Assembly (NCBI GenBank): GCA_022824615.1
Contig: JAJDZM010000072.1
Location: 18,343-82,342 of the forward strand
Origin: Candidatus Binatia bacterium
Lineage (GTDB): Bacteria > Desulfobacterota > Binatia > Bin18
DNA: 64,000 nucleotides
Direction: 5' to 3'
Positions 63,159 to 64,000 of this stretch are shown piece after piece; position 1 is the first letter of the stretch, and every line of letters begins with the position of its first letter. Position numbers and translations under genes: made by a program. The notes under the pieces were generated by a model that saw only the letters and a program-made list of their open reading frames with translations, ran no database searches and was not told where the DNA came from.

Positions 63159-64000
63159 TCAAATCCTCTTTTTCTGATTTGCCACGTAGTCGACCAGGAG
63201 ATATTCCCCCAGATTGTCCGGGCGGGTGTAAAAGGCGCGACCGCGATTCATCTTGGTCATTTTGTCCACAAAGGTGCGCAGGCTCGGGCTGTCGTCGAGC
63301 ATGAAGGTATTGATCGTGACTCCCCGCTTGGTGACTTTCTCCACCTCTCGCAGGGTCTCCTGGGCTGCCCGCATACTGATGCCCCCAAAAGACAGCGGCC
63401 ATTCGCAGTAGAGTCGTCCCCGCGAAAAATAGGCGGTGGGCTGGCCATCCGTCACCACAATGATGTGCTGATTATGACTCGGGTGGCGGCGCAGCAGGTC
63501 CCCGGCAAGCCGCAGGCCGTCCTGGAGATTGGTAAACGGGTCGCCCATATTCCAACTCGCCTCGGGCAGGTCTTTGACCTTGAGTTCCACGGCCCGCGTG
63601 AAAAACCCGACAATCGAAAAATAATCCCGCGGATAGCGGGTGCGGATCAAACTCTCCAGCGCCAGCGCAACTTTTTTCGCCGCTCCGAAGCGACCCTCCC
63701 AACTCATGGACCAGCTCATATCGAGCAGAAGGACGGTCGAGGTGGTGGTCGTGTGGTCGGTATCGAAAATCGTGAAATCACCCGGCTGGATGGACAGGGG
63801 GACACCCGCGCTCCGCTGTATGGACTTTTTGAGCGTCCCGACCAGGTCGAGATGCATCGGGTCTCCGTACTGGTAGGGTCGGGTCTCGTCTATTTTGATC
63901 TCGGCCATGCCACGATGGTCGGTGGCGTGCGAGCCGTTCCGGTCGCGCAGCAGATTGGTATAGATGTCTTGCAGGGCGAGTTGACCAATCCGCCGCACGC
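63159..64000 (-). CDS. VWA-domain protein (CoxE-like), N-terminus runs off the window
   Basis: VLLLDMSWSMSWEGRFGAAKKVALAL...IVGFFTRA...IIVVTDGQPTAYF (MIDAS-type D-x-S-x-S). The frame is still open at the window edge. Confidence 0.75.
   Translation of the reverse strand, partial: VRRIGQLALQDIYTNLLRDRNGSHATDHRGMAEIKIDETRPYQYGDPMHLDLVGTLKKSIQRSAGVPLSIQPGDFTIFDTDHTTTTSTVLLLDMSWSMSWEGRFGAAKKVALALESLIRTRYPRDYFSIVGFFTRAVELKVKDLPEASWNMGDPFTNLQDGLRLAGDLLRRHPSHNQHIIVVTDGQPTAYFSRGRLYCEWPLSFGGISMRAAQETLREVEKVTKRGVTINTFMLDDSPSLRTFVDKMTKMNRGRAFYTRPDNLGEYLLVDYVANQKKRI

Noticed and set aside
1-64000. CRISPR arrays, rRNA and tRNA genes, prophage structural modules, reverse transcriptases/retrons
   Set aside because: Reading the intergenic gaps by eye, I found no regularly spaced direct repeats, no cloverleaf-like tRNA candidates and no rRNA-like stretches. 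No ORF has RT, capsid, terminase or Cas motifs. A tRNAscan/Infernal run would be needed to exclude small RNAs rigorously.

Overview
High-GC (roughly 60% by eye) bacterial chromosomal window, probably from an uncultured Gram-negative lineage. I did not try to place it taxonomically. All calls come from the supplied ORF track plus manual reading of both strands; no searches or computations were run. About 50 protein genes are supportable. Housekeeping and metabolic genes include an AddB-like nuclease (runs off the left edge), comEA-uvrC-comEC, comM, msrP, queE, ptsP, thiD, fhs, typA/bipA, an HU-like protein, two crotonases, two family III CoA-transferases, an amidase, a dipeptidase and two NCS2-type permease paralogs. 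I saw no rRNA, tRNA or CRISPR array. Three visibly AT-richer islets interrupt this background. (1) About 10.2-17.2 kb is a mosaic defence island. It holds an MmeI-like Type IIL restriction-modification enzyme, a small multi-TM (SLATT-like) protein plus a TIR-domain protein, a vapB antitoxin with a 25-codon vapC stub, and an ApeA-like HEPN protein. It also carries clear recombination scars: a 101-bp direct repeat, a second copy of the MmeI 3' end, and an identical 18-nt motif after two cassette genes. (2) About 28.8-31.7 kb, downstream of comM, holds a His-rich repeat membrane protein, an unusual HEPN-CBS fusion, a Sel1-repeat protein and an orphan HicB. (3) About 55.4-57.6 kb holds hypothetical genes, including a possible HEPN-like protein. 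The best candidates for undescribed systems are the TM+TIR pair and the HEPN-CBS protein. Other oddities are a YfhL-type ferredoxin fused to a membrane segment and an Hsp20-like domain, NCS2 permeases with a degenerate kinase-like tail, an orphan DUF790/Bax1 nuclease, a decayed PQQ-dehydrogenase gene beside an IS5 remnant, and a family of short palindromic (REP-like) repeats.
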